From Octopus bimaculoides (taxonomy: Eukaryota), in the NCBI RefSeq assembly GCF_001194135.2, contig NC_069003.1, forward strand, positions 7,166,979-7,207,546: a stretch of DNA of 40,568 bases, written 5' to 3'. The position numbers and the translations under genes are program-made. Shown here one piece after another: positions 1 to 9,980 of the stretch. How positions within the stretch are numbered: position 1 is the stretch's first letter; the number at the start of each line of letters is the position of its first letter. Below the pieces are notes generated by a model. It did no database searches. It worked only from the letters and a program-made list of their open reading frames with translations, and had not been told where the DNA came from.

Positions 1-300
1 ACAGGAGCCAGTCTGGTGGGACTGGCAACAACCACACTCAAATAGTGCTTTTTATGTGCCACCGGCATGGGGGCCAGTCAGGTGACACTGGCATAGACTA
101 CACTCGAATGGTGCTTTTTATGTGCCACCAGCAAGGGAGCTAGTCAGGCAGCACTGGCAACGACCATACTCGCATGGTGCTTTTTACGTATCACCGGCAC
201 AGGAGCCAGTCTGGTGGGACTGGCAACAACCACACTCAAATAGTGCTTTTTATGTGCCACCGGCATGGGACCAGTCAAGTGGTACTGGCATCAGCTACGA
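1..300. repeat. ~66-bp minisatellite (about 4.5 units), probably the internal tandem region of an interspersed repeat
   Basis: The 71-mer ACAGGAGCCAGTCTGGTGGGACTGGCAAC...CCGGCATGGG occurs at 1 and again at 199 (offset 198 = 3 x 66). Intervening units share CCAGTC..ACTGGCA..ACTC..ATGGTGCTTTTTA(T/C)GTGCCACC. Confidence 0.8.
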
Positions 301-617
301 CAATGATTTCACTATATTCTTAATTAAATTCAGTGGCAGCCTGATCTAGTGTAATCTTTATAGCCAGGGATCTATAGATTACTATGTCAGTCTAACACTG
401 AAGGTCATGGGATGGAACCATACAATACTCTTTACTACAGAAGGTACTTAGAGGTGGGCTGTAGATATTGAAGGAGGTTTTTATCTACTTGTTTATCAAT
501 TTCCATTTTAGGAATAGATACAAAATAGGGACAACTGACATGTTTATCTTTTCTTTGGAGATATTTATCATTAAATAAATAATACTATGACTTTTTAGAG
601 AACCTGTATTTGGATGT

Positions 618-649
<32 letters not shown>

Positions 650-820
650 GCTAAATTTGTACCTTAGAGGTGTCAGGACAATAGGCTCTAGAAATCCATG
701 TTTCATATATACATGGTCATTCCTGAATGAAGGAGGTATTTACATTTGACGGAGCACCACCTTTAGAATTGTATGAAAAAAAAAATTTTAAGTTTGTGTA
801 TTGTACAAGTATAACCAATT

Positions 821-911
821 TCATCATCATCATCATCATCATCATCGTTTAACGTCCGCTTTTCATGCTAGCATGGGTTGGACGATTTGACTGAGGACTG
901 GTGAAACCGGA
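821..911 (-). mobile_element. 3' end of SINE-like family A with (ATG)n tail
   Basis: (CAT)n followed by CGTTTAACGTCCGCTTTTCATGCTAGCATGGGTTGGACGATTTGACTGAGGACTGG, the reverse complement of the end of the copy at 12258-12453. Confidence 0.8.
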
Positions 912-974
912 TATAGGACATAAATTTTAACATCAACATTTTATATAGACCTCAGTTGAAAACCACTTGTTCAA

Positions 975-1254
975 ATGGCATCATGCCATGTAGATGGCAC
1001 CTGTGCATCATACTTGCAGTTGTTGCTGGTGCCATGTAAATGGCATCTGTGAATCGTAATTGTGGTTGTTACCAGTGTCATGTAAATGGCACCTGTGCCA
1101 GTGGCACGTAAAAGCACCCATTACACTCCTGGAGTGGTTGGCGTTAGGAAGGGCATCCAACTGTAGAAACCATGCCAAAACAGACTGGAACCTGGTTGCA
1201 GTTCTCTGGCTCATTTGCTCCAGCATGGAAAGTACATGTTAAATGATGATGACG
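975..1254 (+). mobile_element. SINE-like family A copy
   Basis: GGCACGTAAAAGCACCC...GTGGTTGGCGTTAGGAAGGGCATCCA...CAGCATGGAAAG...GTTAAATGATGATGA, shared with many copies in the window. Confidence 0.8.
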
Positions 1255-1431
1255 AATATTAGAGTGTGCAAGATACATCTTAACCATTTACAAAGTACAT
1301 TAAAACTATTAATTGTTCATTATTTGGTGTCAAAATCCTCGGCACATTAACTGTGACCAGGTCACTGACACGGTTCCAGTGACCATGTCACAGTTAGTTG
1401 GATGAAAATTTTGATATAAAACAATAAAAGT

Positions 1432-1656
1432 TTAACCCTTTCAGCATTCACATTCCTCTGTCAAATGTAATGCTTATTGATTCATTCTGTTTTTTATTAA
1501 TCCTGCATTATCTTGCAGCTTTGATGTTTTGATGATGTGATTGTTTGTTTTTAGAATGATATTTTAAGGGTAGGTGTGAGAGCCTGGGTCTGGCCAGTTT
1601 GAACATAAAACAGGTAGAATATTTGGGCTGAACGTGGTCTGTTGAAATGCTAAAAG
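1432..1656 (-). mobile_element. TTAA-flanked MITE (piggyBac-like termini), opposite orientation to 3647-3868
   Basis: Starts TTAA|CCCTTTCAGCATT and ends AAATGCTAAAAG; the interior resembles the reverse complement of 3647-3868. Confidence 0.65.
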
Positions 1657-1767
1657 CAACCATTCTGTTTTGTCTCTTAAGCTGAACTGCTAAGTTACAG
1701 GGGTACAAAGAGACCAACATTGGTTTTCAAGTGGTGGTGGGACACATCCACAAAGACACACGCACTA

Positions 1768-2185
1768 TCATCATCATCATTATCACTGTCATTTAACGTC
1801 TACTTTCCATGCTGGCATGGGTTGGATGGTTTGACTGAGGACTGGCAAACCAGAAGGCTGCACCAGGCTCCGATCTGATCTGGTAAGGGTTCTACAGCTG
1901 GATGCCCTTCCTAATGCTAACTACTCCAAAAATATAGTGGGTGCTTTTTATGTGACACACTACATAAATATATACATCATCGTCATTTGACATCTGTTTT
2001 CCATGCTGGCATGCATTGGATAGCTTGACAAGAACTGGCTAGGCCAGGGGCTGCACCGGGTCTTATAGTTTGTTTTGACCTGGTTTCTATGGTTGGATGC
2101 CCTTCTGAACACCAACCACTTTACACAATGTACTGGATGCTTTTCTGATACCAGCTTCCACACGAAAGCCTTTTTACATGGTACC
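1768..2185 (-). mobile_element. Two consecutive family A SINE-like copies (1768-1958, 1975-2185)
   Basis: Each begins with (CAT)n, then TTCCATGCTGGCATG...GGATGCCCTTC, the reverse complement of the family A body. Confidence 0.75.
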
Positions 2186-2217
2186 TTGGTTTTAGGATAT
2201 CACTCGTGTTGTCATGA

Positions 2218-2352
2218 CAGGCTTCTTTCAGTTTCCATCTACCAAATCCACTCACAAGGCTTTGGTCAGCCCAAGACTGTGGTAGAAGAGACTTGCCATG
2301 CAGTAGGACTGAACCTGGAACCTTGCGTTTGGGAAGCAAACTTCTTACCACA
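2218..2352 (-). mobile_element. tRNA-derived SINE family B, 5' part
   Basis: GGCTTCTTTCAGTTTCCATCTACCAAATCCACTCACAAGGCTTTGGTC matches 12855-12905. Confidence 0.75.
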
Positions 2353-2656
2353 ATAATCAAATTATATTTTATGCACTTTATTGCTTTGTCGTGCGTGTAA
2401 TCACCCGGTTGATGGAGAAGTTGTTTGTTATAAAACCAGTCTGTTGTTCAAAAGAATGTTTGGGACCACTGACTTGGAAGACCAAGATGGTGACAAAACT
2501 ACAAACAACAACCTTTGAACTGGGTGTATACGAATTAGCTTATGTACACCCAGTTGTTCAAGAACCTGTTTCCATTAATGTGTGTATACAAGGATCTTTG
2601 TTAGTTCAGTAAAAAAGAAATATCATTGGCCTCAGTGACTATCTACTTGAATTAGG

Positions 2657-2714
2657 ATATATATATATATATATATATATATTGGCTAAACTGGCAATAT
2701 GACCATCCCCAAGT

Positions 2715-2758
<44 letters not shown>

Positions 2759-2820
2759 GCATACACGTTTGTATGTATGTATGTATATATATATATACAC
2801 ATACACACACACGTGTGTAA

Positions 2821-2861
<41 letters not shown>

Positions 2862-2881
2862 TACATACATGTTTATATATA

Positions 2882-2932
<51 letters not shown>
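2657..2932. repeat. (TA)n and compound (TA/CA/TG)n microsatellites interrupted by a 40-bp end fragment of the fold-back element family
   Basis: Dinucleotide runs are directly visible. 2681-2720 ATTGGCTAAACTGGCAATATGACCATCCCCAAGTACAA matches the arm end at 11767-11804. Confidence 0.9.
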
Positions 2933-2933
<1 letters not shown>

Positions 2934-2971
2934 GGGGTGGATGTTACTGTTGCTTTTAGCCNNNNNNNNNN

Positions 2972-3017
2972 GATTTCAGGGTTATTTCCCTTCGTCGGCG
3001 TTCGACAGCTGATGACC
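2972..3017. mobile_element. Apex remnant of a fold-back element with hammerhead-like core (Penelope-like pseudo-LTR type)
   Basis: The minus strand reads CCGACGA-AGGG-AAATAA-CCCT-GAAA-TC. The plus strand has CTGATGA at 3009-3015, inverted against 2992-2998. Confidence 0.45.
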
Positions 3018-3156
3018 TTGGTTCAATATTTTGGCCAAACATGTCCAGTTTAAATGCTAGAAGGTTAATTAAGAACTTTTAACTGGCTATCAAATGCCTT
3101 GTTAAGGCTTTAGAAGACATTTCTCTCTTTAACAGTTCCCTTCTTAATTGGCCTAT

Positions 3157-3460
3157 GTGTATATATATATATATACACATAAATACAGGTATTTGAGCCT
3201 TTAAGTCTTGTACCTTCATCAGAAGGCTCAAGACTTTTCATACACTCCTCGTGTGTATATGTATATATATATATATGCACCTACCTACACACACGTATGT
3301 ATATATGTACATATATATATACACATGCACATATATTTATATAAGCATACATATATATGTAAACACACCCATATAACACACACATGTATACATACATATA
3401 TTTATGTGAGTGGGTGTGTGGATGTTTGAGTGTGTGTATATAAATATATATGTATATGTT
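3157..3460. repeat. Degenerate (TA/CA/TG)n microsatellite region
   Basis: Dinucleotide runs directly visible. Confidence 0.85.
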
Positions 3461-3646
3461 GTATGTTGAACTGACCTAATTTATTTCTGATGTCAATGAA
3501 GAGCTGAGCAATTACAGGTGTAGTGATTAAAAATTCAAGTAGACAGTAAAAAGGTGAAATAGGCCAATTAAGAAGGGAACTGTTAAAGAGAGAAATGTCT
3601 TCTAAAGCCTTAACAAGGCATTTGATAGCCAGTTAAAAGTTCTTAA

Positions 3647-3868
3647 TTAACCTTCTAGCATTTAAACTGGACATGTTTGGCCAAAATATTGAACTTGTTT
3701 CATGTTCAAATTGTCCAGATCTTGCCTCTCACACCAGCCCTACAATATCATTGTAAAAGTTAAGTTGCCACATCAAAACCTCAAAGCTACAAGATAATGC
3801 TTGATTAATTCAAAAGAGGATGAATAAGGATTACTTTCAACAGATTAATGTGAATACCAAAGGGTTAA
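3647..3868 (+). mobile_element. TTAA-flanked MITE with piggyBac-like termini
   Basis: TTAA|CCTTCTAGCATT ... GAATACCAAAGGG|TTAA, non-coding. Related copies lie at 1432-1656, ~5535-5650, ~14230-14344, ~14345-14490 and ~15040-15235. Confidence 0.65.
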
Positions 3869-3889
3869 AGTAAGAATTGAACATGCTGT

Positions 3890-4452
3890 TAAATGCAATG
3901 TTATTAGCAGTTCAAATAATGCTTGTGGCAGATTCGAATTTGTAAGCAAGCCATTCACTGTGTCTTGTCATGGAGAACATTTCTTGCTGTAGACAAATGG
4001 TGTAAACACACCTAAATCTGCTTGCAGCGCCACCTATCGAGACTGTGAGATGCAAGCATTTTGGAGTGGTTATCTCCACTTCAGTCACAGAAACCAGACG
4101 GGGACGCTGCTAGCTGATGAGAGAGATTGTCTCTCTCTTATGCTATTCCAGTCTTTGTATGATGACTGGTTGTGCCAAGCAGTGATGTTTATAAATACAA
4201 TGTTATTACCAGTTTAGATATGCTTGTGGTACATTCGAACTTGTAAGCCAACTATTCACTGTGTTTTGTCATGGAGAAAACTTCTTTCTGTAGACAGCTG
4301 ATTTAGGTGTATTTACGTACTTACACCATTTGTCTACAGCGAGAAATTTTCTCCATGACAAAACACAGTGAATGGCCTGCTTATGAGTTTGAATGTGCCA
4401 CAAGCATATTTGAACTGGTAATAACATTGCATTTATAAGTATCACTGCTTAG
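3890..4452. mobile_element. Cluster of three copies of unclassified interspersed repeat family D (full + copy 3890-4175, partial + copy 4176-4296, - copy 4297-4452)
   Basis: Shared CCATTCACTGTG..TTGTCATGGAGAA..TTTCT..CTGTAGACA; a closely similar further copy lies at 11098-11330. Confidence 0.75.
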
Positions 4453-4599
4453 CACTCCCACCCTATAGGATGTTAAATGATGATGGAGCAGGGAAGAGGT
4501 AAATCTCCTTGATTAGGACCCTAGGCTATCACAGGTAACCTTCTCAGATGACTTGTTTACAGAATATTACCTTATTTGGATATTGTTATGGGTAAGTGA

Positions 4600-5070
4600 T
4601 AGGAAGGGCATCTGTCTGTAGAAAATCTGCCTCAGCAATCTTCACCTAATCCATGCAAGCATGGAAAAGTAGATGTTAAAATGATGATGAGGAGAATGTA
4701 GGATATGTCATCTTATATCTGGTGATATGCCGTGTTTGAGAAGACCCGTCAAGTCAAGTGAAATTGTAGTCGCAGCTGATGCCAGTGTCACCTAACTGGC
4801 ACCTGTGCCAGTGGCACATAAAAAACACCCTTCAAGCATTGGGTTTCATGGAGGCAATGATAAGTCACCGAGACCTTTGGTAATATGCCATGCCTGAGGA
4901 GACCTGTTGAGCCGTCAACCCATCACTCTTGGAATGGTTGTTGTCAGGAAGGGCATCCAACCATAGAAACCATGTCAAACCAGACTGGAACTTGGTGTAG
5001 CTCTCCAGCTTACCAGTTTCAGTCAAACTGTCTAACCCATGCCAGCATGGAAAGCAGACGCTAAATGATG
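4600..5070 (+). mobile_element. Family A SINE-like copies (4600-4690 and ~4710-5070)
   Basis: AGGAAGGGCATC..., CATGC(A/C)AGCATGGAAA...GTTAAA/GCTAAATGATGA ends. Confidence 0.7.
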
Positions 5071-5102
5071 AAGGTTCTGTTGTTGTTTGTGTTGTTTAAA
5101 AC

Positions 5103-5416
5103 CTGGCAGTCTGTTGGTTACGATGATGAGGGTCACGGCTAATCTGATCAATGCAACAGCTTGCTCGTAAAATTAAGATGCACACCACAGACATGCCTAC
5201 CCTTTATGTAGTTCTCAGGGATTCAGCATGACACAGAATATGACACGGCTGGCACCTTGAATTACATTACAAATACTACTCATATTCGCCAGCTAAGTGA
5301 ACTGGAGCAACATAAAATAAAGCAACTTGCTCCAGGACACAAAGCACCACCAGGAATTGAACTCACAACCTTACAATCATGAACTAGATACACTAACCAC
5401 CACACCACGTGCCTTG
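5103..5416 (-). mobile_element. tRNA-derived SINE; head/core shared with 7556-7882, tail shared with 10264-10598
   Basis: The minus strand begins with a tRNA-like head (GGCACGTGGTGTGGTGGTTAG...GTGAGTTCAATTCCTGG). The 3' part matches 10430-10598 in reverse. Confidence 0.7.
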
Positions 5417-6375
5417 TGTTGTATGAAGTATATTGTCTGTATATCCTGTTCTTTAAAGAAAAGCTTTTTTATGTCTTTGAAGTTATTTATGATAATCAGA
5501 GGTGTCTGAACTTGACTACACACAGCCTGTATCCGACCCAAATATTTTTATCTGTTTAAGTTCAAGCCATCCTGGTCTTGTTTCTCACAATGTTATTCTA
5601 AAAATATACAACCACATCCATCAAAATCTTGAAGCTATAAGATAATGCAAGTACTCTTTTTATCCCAAGAAGTTTTGGCTAAACGAACGACAAAACTATT
5701 GATCAAATCTCTCGTTATTTCCGTTAAGAAGATTAACTTAATTGCAATGAACCAAAGCTGAATGAGAGATTCAAAAATATATACTGCTTTGGTTGGCTTA
5801 AGAGACACACAGACATATCAGATACATTCCAATTTCAGAGGAAAATGAATTTAGGGCAATAAATCTTGTAATTTAGGTCCAATATTGCGTGTGGGGCTCA
5901 GGGTGATTTTTTAGAAAACTATTTTCTTTGTCTTAGGGGGGGAAAAAAGTGTGGCTTATTTGCCATCGAATATGGTAACACAGGCGACATGTAACAGCAG
6001 TTGACACTGTTTCATAATCATGAAAAGTGTTCGTGAGAAAATTAACAAAAGATTTCAAATGCCAAGCAATACATGCATAGAAAAATATATTTGTGTTTGT
6101 GTGTGAGAGAGAGAGGACTATCTTTTTTTTTTTTTGTTTTTTGAGAGTTTGAAAAATTGTGTAGCTTGTTTTCAACCTGTGACTATAATACACTTTTTAT
6201 ACATATAGTATGGTGAGAGAATGTCTTTCCTTTTTCCCTGCCCTGCACTGCTGACTTTGCAGCAGGTTCATGTTACAGATTTTCTTTTTATTAGGCTCCA
6301 CCTGAAGATTTCTGATACAAACGTGTCAAAAGTAGTGATCCTGATTGGCTGGAAGTAACCACAAAAGCACTATCA

Positions 6376-6549
6376 GGTGTGGCTGTGTGGTTAAGAAGTT
6401 TGCCTCCAAACCACATGGTTTTAAGTTCAGTCCCACTGCATGGCACCTTGGGCAGGTATCTACTACTGTAGCATGGGACTGACCAAAACCTTGTGAGTGG
6501 ATTTGGTGATAGATGGGAGCTGAAAGAAGCCCATCACACACATATGTAT

Positions 6550-6592
<43 letters not shown>

Positions 6593-6599
6593 CACATAC

Positions 6600-6630
<31 letters not shown>

Positions 6631-6635
6631 CATAA
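6376..6635 (+). mobile_element. tRNA-derived SINE family B 5' part followed by (TA/CA/TG)n microsatellite
   Basis: A-box-like TGGCTGTGTGG, B-box-like AGTTCAGTCCC, then CTTGTGAGTGGATTTGG...CTGAAAGAAGCCC as in 12627-13013. Confidence 0.8.
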
Positions 6636-7129
6636 TGTATACAGTATAAGACAAGAGCTATTAATAGTAGTTTCTTGTTGTGAAGACACATGGTTAAGTA
6701 GGTTTTTATACCTTGCCTTGTGTCTCCAAGCAATCTACAGACTCTGAGCACATGGTCTGTTCTAAACCAGCATACTGGTAGTATATGAGAAATGACAAGA
6801 AAAAAAAAAAAACAGAAAACAAAACCAGGTTGATGCAAAAAGTGAAAATTAGAGTTATGTTCTTTGACCATAGAACCCATAATTAAACTAGTTGTAGAAT
6901 AATTCAATAGAAAAAGGGTCCAGCTGCTCAATTCTAGGTTTATCTCCCTTGCCTTTCTTGATCAGAATTAAGTCATTCAGATAATGAATTTTTGTTTCTC
7001 CTCTCAACAATTAATGTAGAAATTTTAATTAATTGAAAGTTCTACATTAATTATGTTAGCACCTTTTTTAATGTTGCATGAGTGCCCCTTAATTAAAATG
7101 CTTGATTGTTGTTTCATCGTTGTTTGCAG

Positions 7130-7242
7130 ATCTTCAACTTGCAGCTGAGATTGGCAAAGCTCTCCTAGAGAACAACAAAGAACTTGAAAGCCAGACTGTG
7201 CATTTACAGACTATTAATGCCGAACAGGCACAGGAACTGGAT
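7130..7242 (+). CDS. CDR2: Internal coding exon (113 bp, phase 1 to 0) of a cerebellar degeneration-related protein 2 (CDR2/CDR2L)-like coiled-coil protein
   Basis: Acceptor TGTTTGCAG| at 7129, donor |GTAAGT at 7243. Encodes (D)LQLAAEIGKALLENNKELESQTVHLQTINAEQAQELD, collinear without gaps with the human CDR2 segment DLQLAAELGKTLLDRNTELE...QEIE as I recall it. Confidence 0.9.
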
Positions 7243-7555
7243 GTAAGTTTGTATTGCGTTAATTATCGTTGTCTTAATTATCATCGGTGGTGATTATTAA
7301 ATGCCAGTTTTTTTATTGATATACTTCCACATTCAACTTCAATCCTGCTTACAGGATTGTTAAAATAAGCAACAGCAATATATTGGTGTCACATTAATTA
7401 ACTATATATATAACCTCTAAATACTTGTGGACTCGCACAAATGTAAGAAATCATCATTATTATTATTATTATAAACACTGGGGTTGATGTGATCGACTAG
7501 TCCCCTCCCCACAAATTTCAGGCCTTGTACCTTTAGTAGAAAGGATTAAAAGGAA

Positions 7556-7882
7556 AAAAAAAAGACCTCCTTCGGTCATGAATGACCAGGGGATTGCACC
7601 TAGAAAGTTACCCTCCGAGGCAGAAGTCTAGGTAAGGTTGCTTTATGGAAGACCAGCAGTCGCCCATGCATACCAGCCTCCTCTCTCCATGCCATTGATG
7701 TTATCCAAGGGAAAGGCAAAGGGGCTGATACAGCTTGGCACCAGTGACGTCGCAACTCATTTCTACAGCTGAGTGAACTGGAGCAATGTGAAATAAAGTG
7801 TCTTGCTCAAGAACACAACATGCAGACAGGTCCGAGAACCAAACTCACAATTTCATGATCATAAGCACAACACTTTAACCAC
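7556..7882 (-). mobile_element. tRNA-derived SINE (head/core as 5103-5416, different tail)
   Basis: CAGCTGAGTGAACTGGAGCAATGTGAAATAAAGTGTCTTGCTCAAGAACACAA is shared with ~5290-5345. Confidence 0.7.
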
Positions 7883-7925
7883 AGTAGAAAGGATTATTAT
7901 TATTATTATTATTATTATTATGATA

Positions 7926-8433
7926 AAGGCAGCAAACTGGCAGAAGTTTTACAATGCCTGGTGAAATGCTTAGCTGCATTTTATCTGTATTTCCATTCTA
8001 AGTTTAAATTCCATTGAGGTCAACTTTGCCTTTCATCCTTTCGGTGTCAATAAAAATAAGTACCAGTCCAGCACTGGGGTCAGTGTAATCATATTGTCCC
8101 CTCCACCAAAATTTCAGGCCTTGTGCTTACAGTAGAAAAGATTCTTATAATTATTAAGGCAACGAGCTGGCAGAATTGTTACAAAATTCTTAGCAGCATT
8201 TTGTCCGTCTTCATGTTCTGAGTTCAAATTCTGCTGAGGTCAGCTTTACCTTTCATGTTTTCGGGATCGATAAAATAAGCACCAGTTTATCACTGATACT
8301 TAATTTATTGACCATCAAAAGGATGAAAGGGAAAGGTGACCTCAGCAGAATTTGAACTCAGAATATAAGGATGGACAAAGTGCTGCTAAGCATTTTGTCT
8401 GGCATGCTCACAATTCTGCCAGCTCACCGCCTT
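7926..8433. mobile_element. SINE family H cluster: + copy 7926-8155, partial + copy 8156-8296, partial - copy ~8300-8433
   Basis: AAGGC..GAGCTGGCAGAA...TTCTGAGTTCAAATTC..CTGAGGTC.ACTTTGCCTTTCATCCTTT...AATAAGTACCAG; (ATT)n tails. Confidence 0.8.
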
Positions 8434-8656
8434 AATAGTAATGATAATAATAATAATAAATGATGTTGATTACTTTTGTATTGTTGTATTCTTTTACTCC
8501 ATTAATTATTACTATGATCTTGGCTTTGTTGACATTTTAGATTCTAGATTATTTTTCTGTGTTTAATATTTTATTTATTTTTTTGTTTATTCGTTCTGCA
8601 ATACTACAATATCAAATTTAAAAAAAATTTTTTTTCTTCCTTCCATTTTCTTGTAG

Positions 8657-8805
8657 TTTTTAAACAAACAATTGGAAGCTTTGCGTCAGGTGAATGAATC
8701 TAGAATGCGCATTTATGAAGAACTAGACAAGAATGTTCAGGAGCTGGAAAAAACAAATCAAAGACTAGTCATGGATCACCGAGCTGACAAACAAAGAATA
8801 GAAAG
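8657..8805 (+). CDS. CDR2: Next internal coding exon (149 bp, phase 0 to 2) of the CDR2/CDR2L-like gene
   Basis: Polypyrimidine tract plus TTGTAG| at 8656, donor AG|GTAAAT at 8806. Encodes FLNKQLEALRQVNESRMRIYEELDKNVQELEKTNQRLVMDHRADKQRIE, collinear with recalled human [38 protein letters not shown]; in frame with the previous exon. Confidence 0.9.
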
Positions 8806-9051
8806 GTAAATGGCATTTTTTTGTAACCTCTTTATTTTTCTCTTTTATTCCATCTTTGTATCATGGAAAATGTTTAACATTTTCAAATCTGACCCATTCT
8901 ATAACTAAATGGGTCACAGAAATAGCATTCAAAAGCATCTCATCTTTTTTTAATGTATCTAGGTTAAGTTAGGGTTGTGTTCCACACAGACAATTATCTG
9001 TTTCTATGTATCTAGGTATTTAGGGCAGAGATTCTCAACCTGAACCAGTAG

Positions 9052-9150
9052 AAAAAAAATTTTCACCTACCCACATCATCATCATCATCATCATCATCGT
9101 TTAACGTCCGATGATGATGATGATGATGTGGGTAGGTGAAAATTTTTTTT
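9052..9150. repeat. Perfect inverted repeat built on a (CAT)n/(ATG)n SINE tail
   Basis: AAAAAAAATTTTCACCTACCCA(CAT)n ... (ATG)nTGGGTAGGTGAAAATTTTTTTT. Confidence 0.85.
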
Positions 9151-9770
9151 TTTTTTTTTTTTTTTTCCCCTCTGTAATTAATATTACATTATGAAAAGTC
9201 AATGTCTGATGATAATTTCTATTTTTACATTATGGAAGACCCATTCTAGCAATTTATTAACAAACAAATGGGTTAAATTTACTTTCTGAATTTATTTCAT
9301 GAGTCCCTGTGGAGCTGTGTCAGTGACTGGGTCGTCAATGTGTGATGAGAATTTTGACAACTCATGAAATAAATTTAAAACGAATTTAGTGGCCTCATGT
9401 TTTAAATGACCAGAACCAACTAAAGTTCACGGATGATAGCTAGAATCTGAAAGAAACCTATTGTGTGTGATAATGTTTGTTTTTATGTAAAATTGTAATA
9501 AAAGCAATTTTACATTAATCCTGTTGGGTTACTCTATACTTTTGTAGAATACAAATTTATTATTCTTGGACAAGAATGTTGTTGACAGTGACATCAAAGT
9601 TTCAGCCAGTTAAGCCATTGTCAGACAGTCATGTGATGACTTAACTGGCCAAAATTTCAAAGTCACTATCAATAATATTCTTGTTTGATAATAATAAATT
9701 TGCATTCTACAAAAGTATGGAGTAACCCATCAGATTAATGTGAAATTGTTTTTATTATAACTTAACATTG

Positions 9771-9882
9771 TGTCTTTATGTTCTGAGTTCAAATTCTGCT
9801 GAGGTCAACTTTGCCTTTCATCCTTTCAAGGTTGATGAATTAAGTACCAGTGAGACACTGGGGTTGATGTAATTGACTAGTC
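9771..9882 (+). mobile_element. SINE family H fragment
   Basis: TTCTGAGTTCAAATTCTGCTGAGGTCAACTTTGCCTTTCATCCTTT...TAAGTACCAG. Confidence 0.75.
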
Positions 9883-9915
9883 GGGATGGTCATTTTATCT
9901 CTTATTATTATTTTG

Positions 9916-9917
<2 letters not shown>

Positions 9918-9958
<41 letters not shown>

Positions 9959-9980
9959 GTAGGTGTATGTGTGTGTGTAT
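9918..9980. repeat. (TA)n/(TG)n microsatellite
   Basis: Directly visible. Confidence 0.9.

Noticed and set aside
4114-4140. CTGATGA followed by a GAGAGA/TCTCTC hairpin
   Set aside because: No GAAA follows, and the second family copy (~11260-11290) lacks CTGATGA, so it is not a hammerhead.
2639-6931. YIYI/CVCV-type ORFs, including the 201-aa ORF at 6326-6931
   Set aside because: They are products of (TA)n/(CA)n microsatellites and SINE sequence.
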